From assembly GCF_009914755.1 (NCBI RefSeq), contig NC_060946.1: a DNA stretch of 64,000 nucleotides; one strand, given 5' to 3'. Below, piece after piece: positions 37,147-53,602 of the stretch. This DNA comes from the human T2T-CHM13v2.0 reference genome, Homo sapiens. Within the stretch, counting starts at the first letter, position 1. Each line of letters begins with the position of its first letter. A program made the translations under genes and the position numbers. The notes beneath the pieces are model-generated. The model had not been told where the DNA came from. It saw only the letters and a list, made by a program, of their open reading frames with translations, and did no database searches.

Positions 37147-38404
37147 TCTATAATGGGAAGGAGTGAGAGAGAACAGAGAGGCATGGCAAAATTTTAGTGG
37201 TGATGGAAATGTTTGTCATTTTTGATTGTGGTGATGGGCTTATGGGTGTATACGTACATCACAACAAAATGTGTGCAGTTTGTTGTACCTCAGTGCAGTT
37301 GTAGAGAATTTTTACCCTCCTCCTGGAGTGGTCTGGAGGCTCCCATGAGGTCCTCCATGTGGAGGCGCTCAGCAAAACACCTTAGCAGGAAGCAAGCGCC
37401 TGGATCCTTCCATGCAGCCTTCAAGTTCACTGGTGGCCCCGCACTGCTCCAGGCACTGGGGAGACAGGTGTGAACCAGCCTAATGCAGGCCCCTGCCTTT
37501 GAAGAGCCCCATTGAGAAGGACAACCAGATGTATAAACAGATAAATTAGGAGACAGGGTGACAAGGGAGATGGGGCAGCGGGACGAGGAGATAACCCCCA
37601 AACACTAGATTTGAAGTCTAACGACTCAGAGATAAAAACCCTCTTCCACCGGACAGCTGGGTCATTTGACCTTGACCTTCTGTGTCTTCTATAAATAGAA
37701 TGGTAACAACTACCATGATTAGTGAGCTGACTATGTGGTAGCTAGTGTTTTTCTTACTCTAGCTGTAGCCTCTCCATGCTCCTGTGAGATGTGTTATTCC
37801 TATCTTACAGATGGGGAAATGGAAGCACAGAGAGGCCAATACACTTGTTCAAGGTCACACAGCCCGTAAGTGGTAAGGCCAGGACTTGAATCTGAGCAGT
37901 CCAGCTACAGAGCCCACATGCTGAGACCACCGTGCTGTGCAATTTTCTGGCAGGTGATGCTGATGACAATGATGACACTTTTGACACAGCGCTTTGGTGA
38001 GCGCCACATGCATTAATATGTGGGAACCTGCTCTGCCAGCTAAAAAGTGATGGACCCATATGAACTCTGACTTAGGTACAAGTTGAGGGAGAGGGAAGGC
38101 TACTCAGAGCAGCATCGTAGAACGCCTACTGTTTGCAGACCCTGTGTGAAGCGCTGAGAAATGGAATGAGGAAGGAGTCCCAGCCTCGGCACTCAGGGAC
38201 TTCCCATGCTCTCAGTGAGATAGACCCAAATCATTGCAGTGCAGGTGCCAGTACATGGGTTAGAAGTGGCAGAAGAGGGCCCAGCAGACACCTGGGCCTG
38301 AATGCTACGTGACACCTGCGTGACACCTGGGCCTGAATGTTGTGCTAAGGGCTCCTTTCTTGTACCTTCTCTGTGCAGAGGAACAGTCTGTAAAGAACAC
38401 CTCC

Positions 38405-38957
<553 letters not shown>

Positions 38958-40417
38958 TAAAAATTTTTTTTTAATAACACCTGATCGTCTGCCTCCTGCC
39001 AGGCTGGGTGTAGCAGGCACCTCCTCCAGAAGGCCCACCAGGCTTGGCACTTGTTCCAGGCTCCACAGCATGCACACCTGGCATCGTCATGGCCTGATCA
39101 TCAATCTAGCACTAGACTGAGTCCAGAGTGTTCAAGGGCCTCCTGCCAGCTCCTAGCATACAGTGGTTGCTCAGGAAGTGCCGCTCGCTGAAGGAATGAA
39201 TAAATGATTAAAATCCTGCCAATTTCTCTTTCTGAGTCCTGACCAGTTATTGCAGAGATGCCAGGCCCTTCCTAAAGGGTGGAAAGAGTTGGGGAGGGGC
39301 TTGTAGCATGAGCCTCTAAGCTTGGAAGCACAGGGCCCCTGAAGGGCACCCCTTCTGGAGGTATCAGAACTGGGAAGGGTCTGAAGCCACACCACCCTGA
39401 ATGCACGTGGTCTCATCTGACCTCGGAACTTCATCAGGGCTGGGTCTGAGGAGCACTTGAATGAGAGAACTGGGAAGGCCCCCGCCCATCTTCGCGTTCA
39501 GGCCACTGGGAAATAAGGTTCTCCAGCAGAGCTAGGGATGGGGGCGCCCACACCCCCGTAACTCTCCACCCTCCACTCCAGGACAGATCTGAGCCAAAGG
39601 GAAAAAGAGTGGCCACAGCCGTGGGGGATGGGGGTGCTGCCCAAGGTTGGGGGCTTTTTAGACTGTGTGCTCAGAGCTATCCAAGCCCTCATCCATGAAG
39701 AGCATCTTACACCCTGGGCGTGGGGGTCCAGGACACTGGCTGGGGTGAAGAAATACCAAGGAAGGAGTTGGGTTCCATCCCGGGGGCAAACTCACGCCCT
39801 CAAGTCCAGAAAGGTGAGAGCGATGATCACTGGGAGCCTCCCCGCCACTGAGAGGGGCCAGCAACACCTGGGCCAGGCAGCTCTGCTTCTCCATACTTGA
39901 TGGAGAGGAAGTGAGGCTCTAAGCTGGAGACCGTCCAAGACCATGCCACAAATGGTCTGAGACTCCAAGCCCTACCCCACTCCGCGTGGCCCTCATCAGC
40001 TCCCCCATGCCCCTTGCTGCCCCATCCCCTGCCTCCCTGTCTACAGGGCCTTTGGCTGTCCACAAAGCACTTCCTTCCCCTCTGCCTGCCTCACCCTCAC
40101 AGTCGCCCAGGGAGAAGGCATTGCCATCGTATATGCCCATTGTACAGATGAGGAAAGTGAGGCTGAGAGAGGGCAAGGGACTAGGCTTCCCGTCAAAGAC
40201 CACCTGGGTTCAAAGCCCTGCCCTACCATCTACTAACTCTGTGACCTTAAGCAAATTCCTTAACCTTCCTGAGCCTCACGTTCCTCCTCTGTAAGTCGTA
40301 GGGACAATAGTCCCTACCTCACTGGGTTAAATGAGTTAATTCACCTGAAGTGATAAAGCCTGGAGTGAGCACCCCACAGATGTTGGTCATCACAGTGATG
40401 GTTATTACTGCAGGCTC

Positions 40418-40452
<35 letters not shown>
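40418..40452 (+). repeat. (CG)n(CA)n alternating purine-pyrimidine tract
   Basis: Direct inspection. Confidence 0.93.
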
Positions 40453-41768
40453 CCCTACCTCACTTGCAAATTCACCTCTGAGCTCCAGAGCCAGCGCTAG
40501 GAGAGGGGCCACAGGTCTTCACCTGGAGAGGGTGGAGGTTGTTCTTACATAGAACTCCCGCCACTTCTCTCAGACCTTCTCACCCTAATGAGGCTCTGGC
40601 CACTGGCCTGTGAGTGCCAGGGAGGCAGGAGAGGAGACCCCCAGGAAGGCAGACAGATGGACCCCCAGGCCTAAGCCAGCCTGGAGGAGCCCACCCTGCG
40701 GCCTTGGGCCTTGTCCTGTATACAAAGGCGAGGGAAGCGCAGTGTTTGTTTTCCCAAAGCTGATGCATTTTTAGCTCCTCCAGGCTCCAGACAAGGAAGA
40801 GGATGTTTGGACGGGGCAGCTTGGACCTACCTGCCCTGCAAGCTGGCTGGAATTCGAGTGAAACCGTCCTGGGGTGAGGGGAGCTGGGCCAGATGGGCTG
40901 GAGGATGACCCTATCGGGGGTCTGGGCCCCCCCTCCCCACCTTGATGCTTGAAGTCTGGCTCTCCCCAGAGAAGGCCCATCCTGACAGCGTCCTTTGCTG
41001 CCTGCCTCTTGGGCCTGGAGTGAGCCCGTCATCAGGACAGCCTCCCTTGCAGAGCATTCACCCTGGGCCAATCGTGCTCTTGAGCTGACAGCCTGAGGAA
41101 GGCGGTAGGACAGTGATTACCATTTGACCAGCAAAGAAAGAGAGCCTGGCTGAGCCCTGACCCACTCCTGGTGCTCTGATCTGTTCATCCGGGGGAGGAG
41201 AGGAGACTGAGGCTCCGAGAAGCCTGCTGGCTTTCCCACCGCCACCCAGCAAGGAAGCAGCAGTGTCGGGATTTGATCCAAGGCTGTGATGCCGAAGCCC
41301 ACAGCTTTGCCACCTCCCAGCCACACGATGCCTCCCTGTGTGCCTAGATGGCAGCTGCCTAGCCTTCTTCATGCCATGATGCATACATACAAAATTATAC
41401 GGACTACATGGAGAGGCTATGCAGGGCTGGAGGCAGTGGGCCCAAGGATTCGGGGGGGCCCCGGGTCCACCCCCACCCCAGAGACAGAAGCCATTTGCTT
41501 GTGGTGGGTCCACAGGTGGGAAACGATGGAATAGGTATGGGTTAGCCAGCCCTTTCCAAATCAGGGCATCCTTTCAGTCGCTTTCTAAGAGTTTGACTGA
41601 GGATTCTGGAAGGGATGGAGCTGGGAAGCAGAGACGGACAGGCAGTGAGCGGGCACCCCTCTTGGTGGGGATCCCAGCTTGCTAGAGGAGACTGCTTGTA
41701 ACTGCAGGAAGCATGGTGAGCCTATCAAAAGAATGGGAAGCCAGCCACAGTATAAAAGTCACAAACTT

Positions 41769-42070
41769 AGGCAGGAGCAGTGGCTCACACCCATAATCCC
41801 AGCACTTTGGGGGACCAAAGCAGGCGGATCACTGGAGCCCAGGAGTTGGAGTCCAGCATGGGCAACACGGCAAAACCCCATCGCTACAAAAAAAATAGTA
41901 ATAATACAAAAATCAGCCTGGTGTGGTAGCGTGCATCTGTAGTCCCAGCTACTCAGGAGGCTGAGGCGGGAGGATCGCCTGAGCCAAGGAGGTCGAGGAT
42001 GCAGCGAGCCATGATCACACCACTGCACTCCAGTCTGGGCAACAGAGTGAGACTCTGCTTCAAAAAAAAC
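41769..42070 (+). mobile_element. Alu (J-like)
   Basis: Alu consensus blocks. Confidence 0.93.
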
Positions 42071-44214
42071 TAAAAGTCACAAACTTTCCACCAGTATTCA
42101 TAAGAGCAAACTCTGTGTAGCCTTGGCCGTGCAGTTGGGCAGCCGGCTCTGCACCTGTAGGTGCAATAACTCATTTGAGCTGCACGACACGTGGGCATGA
42201 GAGGAGCTCTTGCCACCCCCATTTCACAAATGGGGAAACCAAGGTCCACAACAGCTCTGCCAAAGTCAGGGATGGCTGAGGGCAGAGCCAGGACTTGAAC
42301 CCAGGCAGCTCAGTGCCAACATCCCTGCCCTGCACTTCTCTACCCATCTGCCAGGCAGGCAAAGATGAAAACACACCCGCCCAGTTCACTGGGGCCTCAC
42401 CCTCACTCACCCATAGATTCCCATGGGCTATCTCTGTGCCTTCCTCTCACTGCTGCCGTGAATTGAAAACTGTACTAAAAAAAAGTACTTTTTAAAAAGT
42501 TAAACACTGTGATTTTATATGTTTCAAACTCATACATTAACTCACTGAACCACCCAACAATCCAGGGAGAGAAAAATACGTTATCCCCATTTTACAGGCA
42601 TGAAAACTGAGTCCTGGGCCTGGAGGAACAACGTCCGCAGCCTCGGTGTCGTCGTCTGTAGAATGGGTATCCAGACACGATCTGATTGTGGGGAGTGTGT
42701 GCGGACGTGCATGGCACGCCTCCGGAGTTATCCTCGGGAAGAATTGGCCATTCCACCACCAGCTCACCTCTCTGGAGCCCCCTGCCCTAGGGGGGGCTTA
42801 CAGGCCAAAGCAGGCAGGCAGGTAGACAGTCGGAAAGACCCAGACGACTGTATAAACACCCTGGGGCCGTGGTTATATAAGTCAATAAGCAAACAGAGGG
42901 CAGCCGGCATGAGTGACTAAGAGTCTTAATAGGAACCACCGCAGCCATGGGCATAGTACGTGCTCCCCGGGCACAGATGTGCTCTGGCCATGGGGCACGT
43001 CCCTGCTGAAGCCACAGAGTTATCATCGATGGTCCCAGGTGGAAGGGGTGTTCCATGGAGGATGGGCTTTCCTCTGCCCCTTCCCCCTTGGGGCACCAGG
43101 GGACCTCCCTGTTCTTCCTTGGATAACGACAGTGCTCACCACGCCCCCTCCCAGCTGTGGGACCCTGGGTGAGTGTGATTCTGGAACCTGTCCCATTTGG
43201 TAATGGGGTTAAGCTAGCAAATGAATGAAGGGGGTTGGCACAAACGGAGCACTCCATACATGGGAGCTGTGGTTACCTTCCTCCCACTTGGCTGAGGCAC
43301 CTGAGGCACAAACCTCATTCAGTCGCACAATCTGCCTCAAAGGGAAGCAAGCGGCATGGGAAGGATCATACCCCTCTTACAGATGGGAAAACTGAGGCTC
43401 AGAGAGGGAAAGTGACTTCTCTAACATCACCCTGTTGGTTAGAGGTGGAGCTGGGTTTGAACTGAAGTCACAGCACTCCCAGGAAAGTGCTCAAAGGGAG
43501 GGAAGAATGAATTAAGCCAGAAAGACAGATCCCCCCATCCCACCCACCAGTGTGAGTGAGATATTTTCCCATGTGGGATCTGGTGGGGGCGTGCAGGGAG
43601 GGTGAGCGTGCCTGTGTGATGCGGTGTGAAGGGCGACTGGGGGGCCTGCGTGCACACAGGCATTGTGGGTGTAAACCAATGTACACTGGCCCGGGAGGAA
43701 GGGAGGATGAAAACACCCCCTGGCAGCCAGCAATGTCCCACTCGGGAGACACCCAGGGCGCCGGCCCCAGCCGAGCAGGCTAGAGACCCCAGGCGCCGGG
43801 GCTTCCCTTCCCTAAAGACCACCAGTGGGGGAGGGGAGGATGCACCTCAGCCTCCAAGCCTCATCTCCCTGTCCATCCCCCTCCCCAGCTCCTTCCTGTT
43901 TTGATGGAAGGAAAATTTTTCAGCTTTTTCCTTCTTTATTTTTCCAGACGGGTGACTCGCTCGGGAAAGGAACTCCCCCCTCCCCAGACCATCATAACAC
44001 CTATAGGTCCATGCCATCGAGGCAGGCCCATCCTGTTATGCTGAAATAGGCATGGTTATTTTGGGGTGCCTTACGGGGGTGGTGCCCCAGGGGAGGGGAC
44101 GTGGGGGTGCTCAGCTGCCTTCTTCTAGTCCACGTCCCCCTCCCAGGTTCCTCCCCACCCCCACCCCGTCCTCCCTGCCCGAGTTCTGGGAGGAGGGAAG
44201 GAAGCCTGCCAAGC

Positions 44215-44290
44215 CAGGGTATAAATAACCCAGGTGGTTACTCAGCTCCTGAGAACATGATAACATGAGTCATGACGTGAAATCAACAGG
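44215..44290. promoter_or_regulatory. Candidate upstream enhancer (~-8.6 kb): GATA, AP-1, CRE-like, E-box and MARE-like motifs
   Basis: TGATAA 44258, TGAGTCA 44266, TGACGTGA 44273, CAGGTG 44231, TTACTCAGC 44238. Confidence 0.6.
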
Positions 44291-47200
44291 AGCAGCGAGC
44301 GCCCGGGCCGCCGCCCCGGCAGGGCAGTGGGCTGCAGGGAGCGACCGCGAGGGGCCGGGACTGCAGTGGGCAGGGCCCAGGCTGATGGGTGAAGCTGCTG
44401 CCCTGTGCCTGGTCCCAGGCAGGCCTCTTCCCAGCTCAGACCCTTGGTTTACTCATCTGGCATACACGGGGTGGGGGCTGCCTTCCTTCCCCAGGTCCTC
44501 CTGCAGCTGGAGAGAGGAAAGGAGGGCGGGGGTGAGCTCTGAACATCCCTGGGGCCTTTGCCTGTGCCTGACACACAGTGGTGGACAGAACCAGCCCACT
44601 GGAACTTCCAGTCCCCTCTCCCCATTTCCAGGGCAGATGGCCCAAGGGGTTCCCTGAGCCTCAGTGGGACTTGCGGGAAGGGAGGAAGGGGGCTTGGACA
44701 GGAGCAGGAGGGTCCTGAGCACAGGGACTGCAGAGCCTTCACCCACCAGGGTGGCCCTGAATCCAGGACAATCTGCAGCCTCCTCTGGCGCCCGCTGCAG
44801 TGTGGCCTGAAGCGTGGGCACAGAAACAGGACACCCTGGAAGACCTCCGGCCAAGCCAGTGTGACCAGCCCAGGCAGCTTGGCCGGGCTGCTGGCCCATC
44901 TCTGGTGCTCGCAGGCCAGGGGGCAAAAGCCAGCGCCCCTGCATCCTCACCCACGTCCTCGGCTCCGGGCTCATCTCCAGAGCATCACAAGCCTGGACCC
45001 CAGGTTGCCATGGCAATGGGTTCTGGAGTCTGTGCAGGGCAAGTCACCCTCTCCTGTCCACCCGCAGCTGCTAGGCCTGGTGGGGGGCAGCAGGGCGATG
45101 TGTGGGGGCAGGGCCTGTCCTGGTCGTAGGACAAAGGGCGGGGGGCACAGCTGGTGCTGCTGACCTGGGCTGGGAGCTGGGGCATTATCCTCCACGTGGC
45201 CTTCAGCAACTTAGTCTCCCAGCCGAACCTCAGACCCCTGCCTGGGCAATGGCAGAGGAGGGGGAGGATAACGCCTGTCCTGGCTATTATGAGGGGCACG
45301 CTGCAGAGGGCGTGTTATCAGGAGAGCAAAGACCCCTCTTCCTCTTTGAGGCATCGCCCTCTACACCTTTGGCCTTATCAGAAGGGCAGCACCCCCAGAG
45401 CTCGCACCCCACCTCATCTGCCCTGACCCTTGGCCCAGCTTTCTCTCCAGGTGGGGGGTTCACCGCACCCACCGCCCGCGACCCCTGCATGCCCAGACAG
45501 CTTGGCATGGCTCAGACCCAGCATTCAACGGGCAGCCTGCCCTCTGGCCCCTCACAAACAATGGGGACTCCAGGAATATTGTCCCGCCCGGGCTGAATCA
45601 AACGCTCTAAATTTAGTCTCTCTGATGTGTCCTCCGTTTCCTGCCCCTGCTGCCCTCCTTTCAAGGCGATGAGGTCACCCCGGAACTGCCTGCCCCAGCA
45701 GCCAGACCAAGGGGGTTTCCAGGCCCAGGACTGCTCTCCTGCTCTTGGGGAACGGGGTTTCATGGGGACCAGGGGACATGGGCCTTCCCTCCTTCCCACC
45801 CTGTGCTGCCTTGCCAGGCCCCCGGGCTGCTGGGCCCCATGGTCAGGGCCTGAGGCAACCCTGTCCCAGCGCTGAGGACCCAGGAACATGCCACCAGCCT
45901 GGGATGGGGGAGGCCACGGAGGGAGGGAGCAGTGAGCCCCCAGGGAGGAATCTCGAGCTGAGGGACCAGGAGTTCGGGCTTGTTCTGAGAAACGCACAGT
46001 GTCAGAGTCACTCATTCAGAAAGACTGAGAGAGCCTGCCGAGAGCTGGGTACCGGAGACGCGTCCCTGCCCTCTCAGAGTTGACAGTCCAGAGGCAAAAA
46101 GGACAATCGGCAAGTAAATAGTAAATGAACAAGAAGACCCCGGTTGTGAGAAAATGTTATAAAGCAAATAAATCAGAGAAATGTGATCACAAACCCTGGG
46201 TGGGTGAAGGGTACAAGTTTAGGAAACGGGTCAGGGAAGGCCTCTCTGACATTTGAGCTGAGCCTTGGATGACCAGAAAGAACTATTGAAAGATCTGGGT
46301 GGGGCCAGAGGAGGGGTGAGTGGCAGATGCCCCAGGAGAGAAGAAAGTTGTCCAGGAGGGGCCCGTGCACTGGAGGCAGGGGACGGGGCAGGCACAGGGG
46401 CAGGGGGACGAAGCCAGAGGCACTCCCTCCCCCAGGGTGCTGAGCAGGGGAGCCCCCTGACTCAGTTTTACAAAGAGCCGTTGCCGCTGTGTAGAGATGG
46501 GACAGGGGAGGCCAGGGAGGAGGCTAAAGTCACAAGATCTTGGAACAATAAAAACCAAGTGTCCTAAGTCGTTTGCTCGAAGGCGCCTTCAAGATTTGCC
46601 TGTTTCAGCCCTGTCATGAGTCTCTGAGGCCCAGAGAGGGCATGTGTCTTGCCCAAGGTCACACAGTGAGTCAGAGCTCTGCCTGGAAAACCTTCGACCG
46701 GAGGGAGTGAGGGGTACCTGACCACCTGAGAAGGATGTATCTTTTTAGGAACACCACGTCTGAGATGCTGTCCTCGGCCTAGCTCCCCCCAGTCTGGAGG
46801 CTGTGCTGTCGCCCCATCCAGGCTTCTGTTGGGGTGGGGCAGCCCAGAGATGCCTAGTTCCTGGGGGGTGGGGGCGGTCTGCCCTGTCCCTTCCCTGGTC
46901 CCTCCTACGTCCTGCGGGCAGGTGTGCCCGCTCTGGTCCCACCCACAATCCTCCCCAGCCACAGCCCTCTCCCCACACTCCTGCCTTGAGCATCTCCCAG
47001 AAGCCCCTGCTCTCCTGCTCTGCCAAGAATCCAGGTTTGGCAGGGAATTGGGGGGGGACTCTGGAATGTCGCTTTCCGGTGCCAGCACCAGCGTGCCAGC
47101 CTCAGCAGAGGCCCCGGGGGTGGACAGGGGATCACCGGATCTCGTCTGGAAGGGGAGGCTGGCAGCCATGTGCCACCGGAGGAAGGCAGGGCCCTGCCTG

Positions 47201-49213
47201 CTGAGTCGGATGGGGGACATCCGGGTGTCGGAGCTGCCCGGGCTCCCTGGCTCCTGACCTGCTCTTTCTACCTGCCGTCCGTCCTGTGCCCAAGCAACAG
47301 TGCCCCCAGCCCACCCTTTGGTGCCTCTTGGTTCACACATGGACCTTGTAGAGGCTGGGTAGTGTTCTGTGTTGGGGATTCCTATTAGCCCTTCAGACAC
47401 TGAGTGTGAGGAAAGGCTTTAGACAGAAACGGATCTAGGTTCAAATCCCATCTCTTCTGGGCCTCAGTTTGCTCATCTACAAAACAGACAGAGCCCCTGC
47501 GTGAGAGCTGGGTGTGAGAATTTAACAAGCTGACATGGACACCCCACCACAAGCCCTTCTCTGCTGGCTCCCTCCCTCCCCCAGCACCCTACATGGTATC
47601 CCCAAGCCCTGGCCACTCAGGGGAAGCAGAAAGCTTCTTGGCTCTGCCGGCCAGAGGGAGGGCCTGGAAGGGGAGCCCAGGGGAGGTGGAATAGTGGGGA
47701 GGCGAGGGGTGGTGGGGTACATGGTTAGGCTCTGACTCAGGAGCCAGGCAGACCTCTGCTTGAGCCATGGCTCCTCTGCTGGCCAGCTGTGTGGCCTTGG
47801 ACAAGTTACTCAACCTCTCTGAGCCTTGGTTTCCTCATGTGTCTAACAGTAATGACAGTGGTGCCTACCCCACTGGGGTAATGGAGACATCATTACTGTT
47901 AAGTTATCTGCTAGTAGGTGAAAGAAGGCATGAGGGGAGCACCTGTCCCCCACCAGCCCCAGATTGTTGGAAGCTTCTGGTGGGGAAGGGGCAGCTTGAG
48001 CCCCTGGAGGAGGAGAAGGCCCCAGACCCAGCCTCACTAGGCAGCAGAAGCCGGGGTGCCAGGACACTCCGAGGACCCCAATGCTCCCAGCCGTACTGGA
48101 GGTGGAGCTGGGTGGGACCTCCCTTTTCAGCCAGTTATCCTTCAGGCCTGGGCCAGAGCTGCCCCCTTCCCTCTGCCAGCAGGGCCAGGCCAAGAAGCCT
48201 TTATTTTCAAACCTTTGAACAATGCCTGGCCAGGCATAGCCTCGCCACAGAGCAGAGGATGGAGAGCTGGGAGAGGAGGGGCCCCACACTTCCTGGGCCA
48301 GCATTCCTCACCCCCAGACAGGTGCCAAGGGCTCTGCCCTCCATCTGACAGAGGCACGGAGCCTGCTCAGGTTCCTCTCGCCCCCAGCCTCAGCCCTTCT
48401 CTCCCTCGGAGGGTCCGGATTCCAGAATCCTCAGTAGTCCCTGTCCCCTGGCTGGGACAGGCCCCATCAGACATAGATGAGACACACCTGCTGTGCTCAG
48501 GCACCCAGGGGCCGGTCTCAAGAATGGCTGGTGGGGCCCCTCAGAGGGGCCGGCTCAGACGCCCTCCATCCCTCACAGCCCCTCCAAGACCAGGTTGGAC
48601 ATCCCGCCTCTCTAGAAGGCCCCTCCAACCCAGCGTGGGCTGCACCATCCCTCTTCAGATTCCACTTGCTCCTGGCTGTCCAGAACATTCCTGAGTCTAT
48701 GCAGCAGGAGGGCAGTGCACCTGGAGGTCCCTGAGGCCACATTCCCTCCCCAGGAGCAGAGCCAGACCCACGGACAAGCAGCCGGGAAGCGGGATCTGGT
48801 CCTGGTTCTGTCATCAACCCCCGAGCAACCTTGAACAACTGTCCTTTGTCCCTTGGTTTCTGCTTCTGAACAACGGGGATGATTAACACCCCTATCCCCC
48901 ATTCACGGGGCGGGAGGAGGCTTTGCAAGCTGCGAGGTGCTGTGCACGTGTAGGGCACAGGGCTTCCAATGGGGCGGGGCAGGAGACACTGGACATGGGG
49001 GTCCCCCACACCTGGTGGTCTCTACGGACAGCCACAAACACCAGAGCCCGGAGCCAGAAAGCCTGACTTCTCATCCCATCTCTGCCACTATCAGTCTCAG
49101 ACTTTGAGGAAGATAACAAACCCTCAGTGGCTTGGTTTCCTCATCCGTAAAATGGGCTAAGATAGTACCTGCCTCACAGGACTGCTGGGAAGATTGAGAT
49201 GAAATACATAAAA

Positions 49214-51803
<2,590 letters not shown>

Positions 51804-51896
51804 TCACGTTTGTTTCCATCTTCCCTGTGGAGGACCTTCTCCAGGCTGCACAGAGTGGAGCAGGCGTGGGTGGCAGGAAGTAGGGAAGGGAAGTTC

Positions 51897-52777
51897 ACAA
51901 GAATCATTGGATCATTTCTCATAGTTTCTGTGGGCCAGGAATTTGGGAAGGGCTTAGCTGGGTGGGCTTGCTTGGGCTCTCCATGCAGTTGCAATTGCAG
52001 TTGCACTTCGTAGCTAGAGCAGGTGCAGTGGGCACTGGCCAGGCCTCTCTCTACTCCCCTTGTACTCTGGGGGCCACTCTGTTGTGTCTCTCCGTGTGGG
52101 CTGGTTGAGCTTCCTCACAGCATGGCAGCTCATGGCTGAGCCTGTCTGAGCTCATCCCCACAAGAGGCATGGCCCATATGGAATCCCAATCTGAGGAGGC
52201 AGCTGGTCTCTGCTCTCTTTTATAAATGAGGAAACAGAGATATCAAGGGGCTGAGCAGCTTGCCCATGGACACACAGTGACAGGATAAAAATTCAGCTTC
52301 GTCAATCTCTGGCAGGCTGCATTTTCCAGCAGGGACCACAACAATGCCTGATATCCCACATGCTCCTCTTGCAATGCCATATTGATGTTCCTCCTGTGGA
52401 GAGGTGAGGTCTGCATTCCCTTTCCTTGAATCCAGATAAACTGGAATCCACAGAACCAAAGCTCTGTGGCCTCTGAGGCTGGGTCATCAAAAGCAATATT
52501 GTTTCTGCTTGGTTTTCCTGGGACGCTTGCCTCAGGAGTCCTGAGCTGCCATGCTGTGAGGAAGCTCAATCAGCCCACACGGAGAGACCCAACAGAGGGA
52601 CCCAGAGAGTACAAGGGGAGGAGAGAGAGGCCCGGCCAGTGCCCACTGCACCTGCTCTAGCTACGAAGTGCAACTGCAATTGCAACTGCATGGAGACCCC
52701 AAGCAAGCCCACCCAGCTAAGCCCTTCCCAAATTCCTGACCCACAGAAACTATGAGAAATGATCCAGTGATTCTTGT
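51897..52777. repeat. Long inverted repeat: arms 51897-52132 and 52542-52777 (236 bp, ~11 mismatches), 409-bp spacer
   Basis: Manual reverse-complement alignment. Confidence 0.95.
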
Positions 52778-52835
52778 TGTTTTAAGCTACTACATTTGGG
52801 GTTGGTTTGTTATGCAGCAGTAGCTAGTTAGATCA
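52300..52835 (+). mobile_element. MLT1 (G/H-like) LTR containing the right arm of the inverted repeat
   Basis: GCCATGCTGTGAGGAAGC, CCCACAGAAACTATGAGA and GTTTGTTATGCAGCA terminal blocks. Confidence 0.75.
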
Positions 52836-52839
52836 TGAC

Positions 52840-53568
52840 CCATTGCAAATCCTGTTGGACTGAAGTTCAGAATAACCTAGAAGCCAACCCATCTCACATC
52901 TCTACCCACTACCCAAATCCAAGCCACTGTCACCTCCTGCCTGGATGGCTGTGGTAGCCTCCTGACTTCTGCCCCGACCCTGCAGTCTGTCCCCTGCACA
53001 GCAGCCCAAGTGGGGCTACAGGGCAGAGATGACCCTGCTCAGAGCCCTCCAGTGGCTCCCATGGCACTCAAGTCCTGACAGTGACCCACAGGCCCAACAA
53101 GACCTGCCCCAGGACCTATCTGACCTCAGTTTGGCCCACCCGCCCCACCTCTCTCTGCTGCAGCCCCTCGGGCCTCTTGGCTGTGTCCCCAAACTCACCA
53201 AGCACTTCCCTTCCTCAGAGCCATTGACAGCGCCGTTCCCTCTACCTAGTTCTTTTCCCCCAGGTGTCTGGCTGGCTCCATCCCTCAGCCCTTCAGCTCT
53301 CAGCTAAAACATCACCTCCCTGGGGAGGCCTCCCCACCCCCACTTCCCCTCCACCAAAGTCCCTAGTCTCCTCTGCTTGATTTCTCTCTGTTGAATGCCC
53401 CGCCTCCTCATGGTGGTGATAAGTTAGATCTCAATTGTCTGTTGTCTACCTCTTCCCATCATTATATGAGCCCTTGCCAACAGGGACTTTGTTTTTACTG
53501 CTTTATCCTCAGTGCATAGAGCAGGCCCTGCACAAAATAGACCTTCAAATGTCTGTTGAATGAATGAA
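52840..53568 (+). mobile_element. L2 3' fragment
   Basis: CCAAGCCACTGTCACCTCCTGCCTGGA block and terminal TGTTGAATGAATGAA. Confidence 0.7.
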
Positions 53569-53602
53569 GGACACCAGAACCTTTCCGCCCAGTTGAAACC
53601 CT

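Noticed and set aside
44265-49119. Many 100-280-aa ORFs upstream of PDGFB
   Set aside because: No consistent exon structure or recognisable protein; typical of GC-rich intergenic DNA
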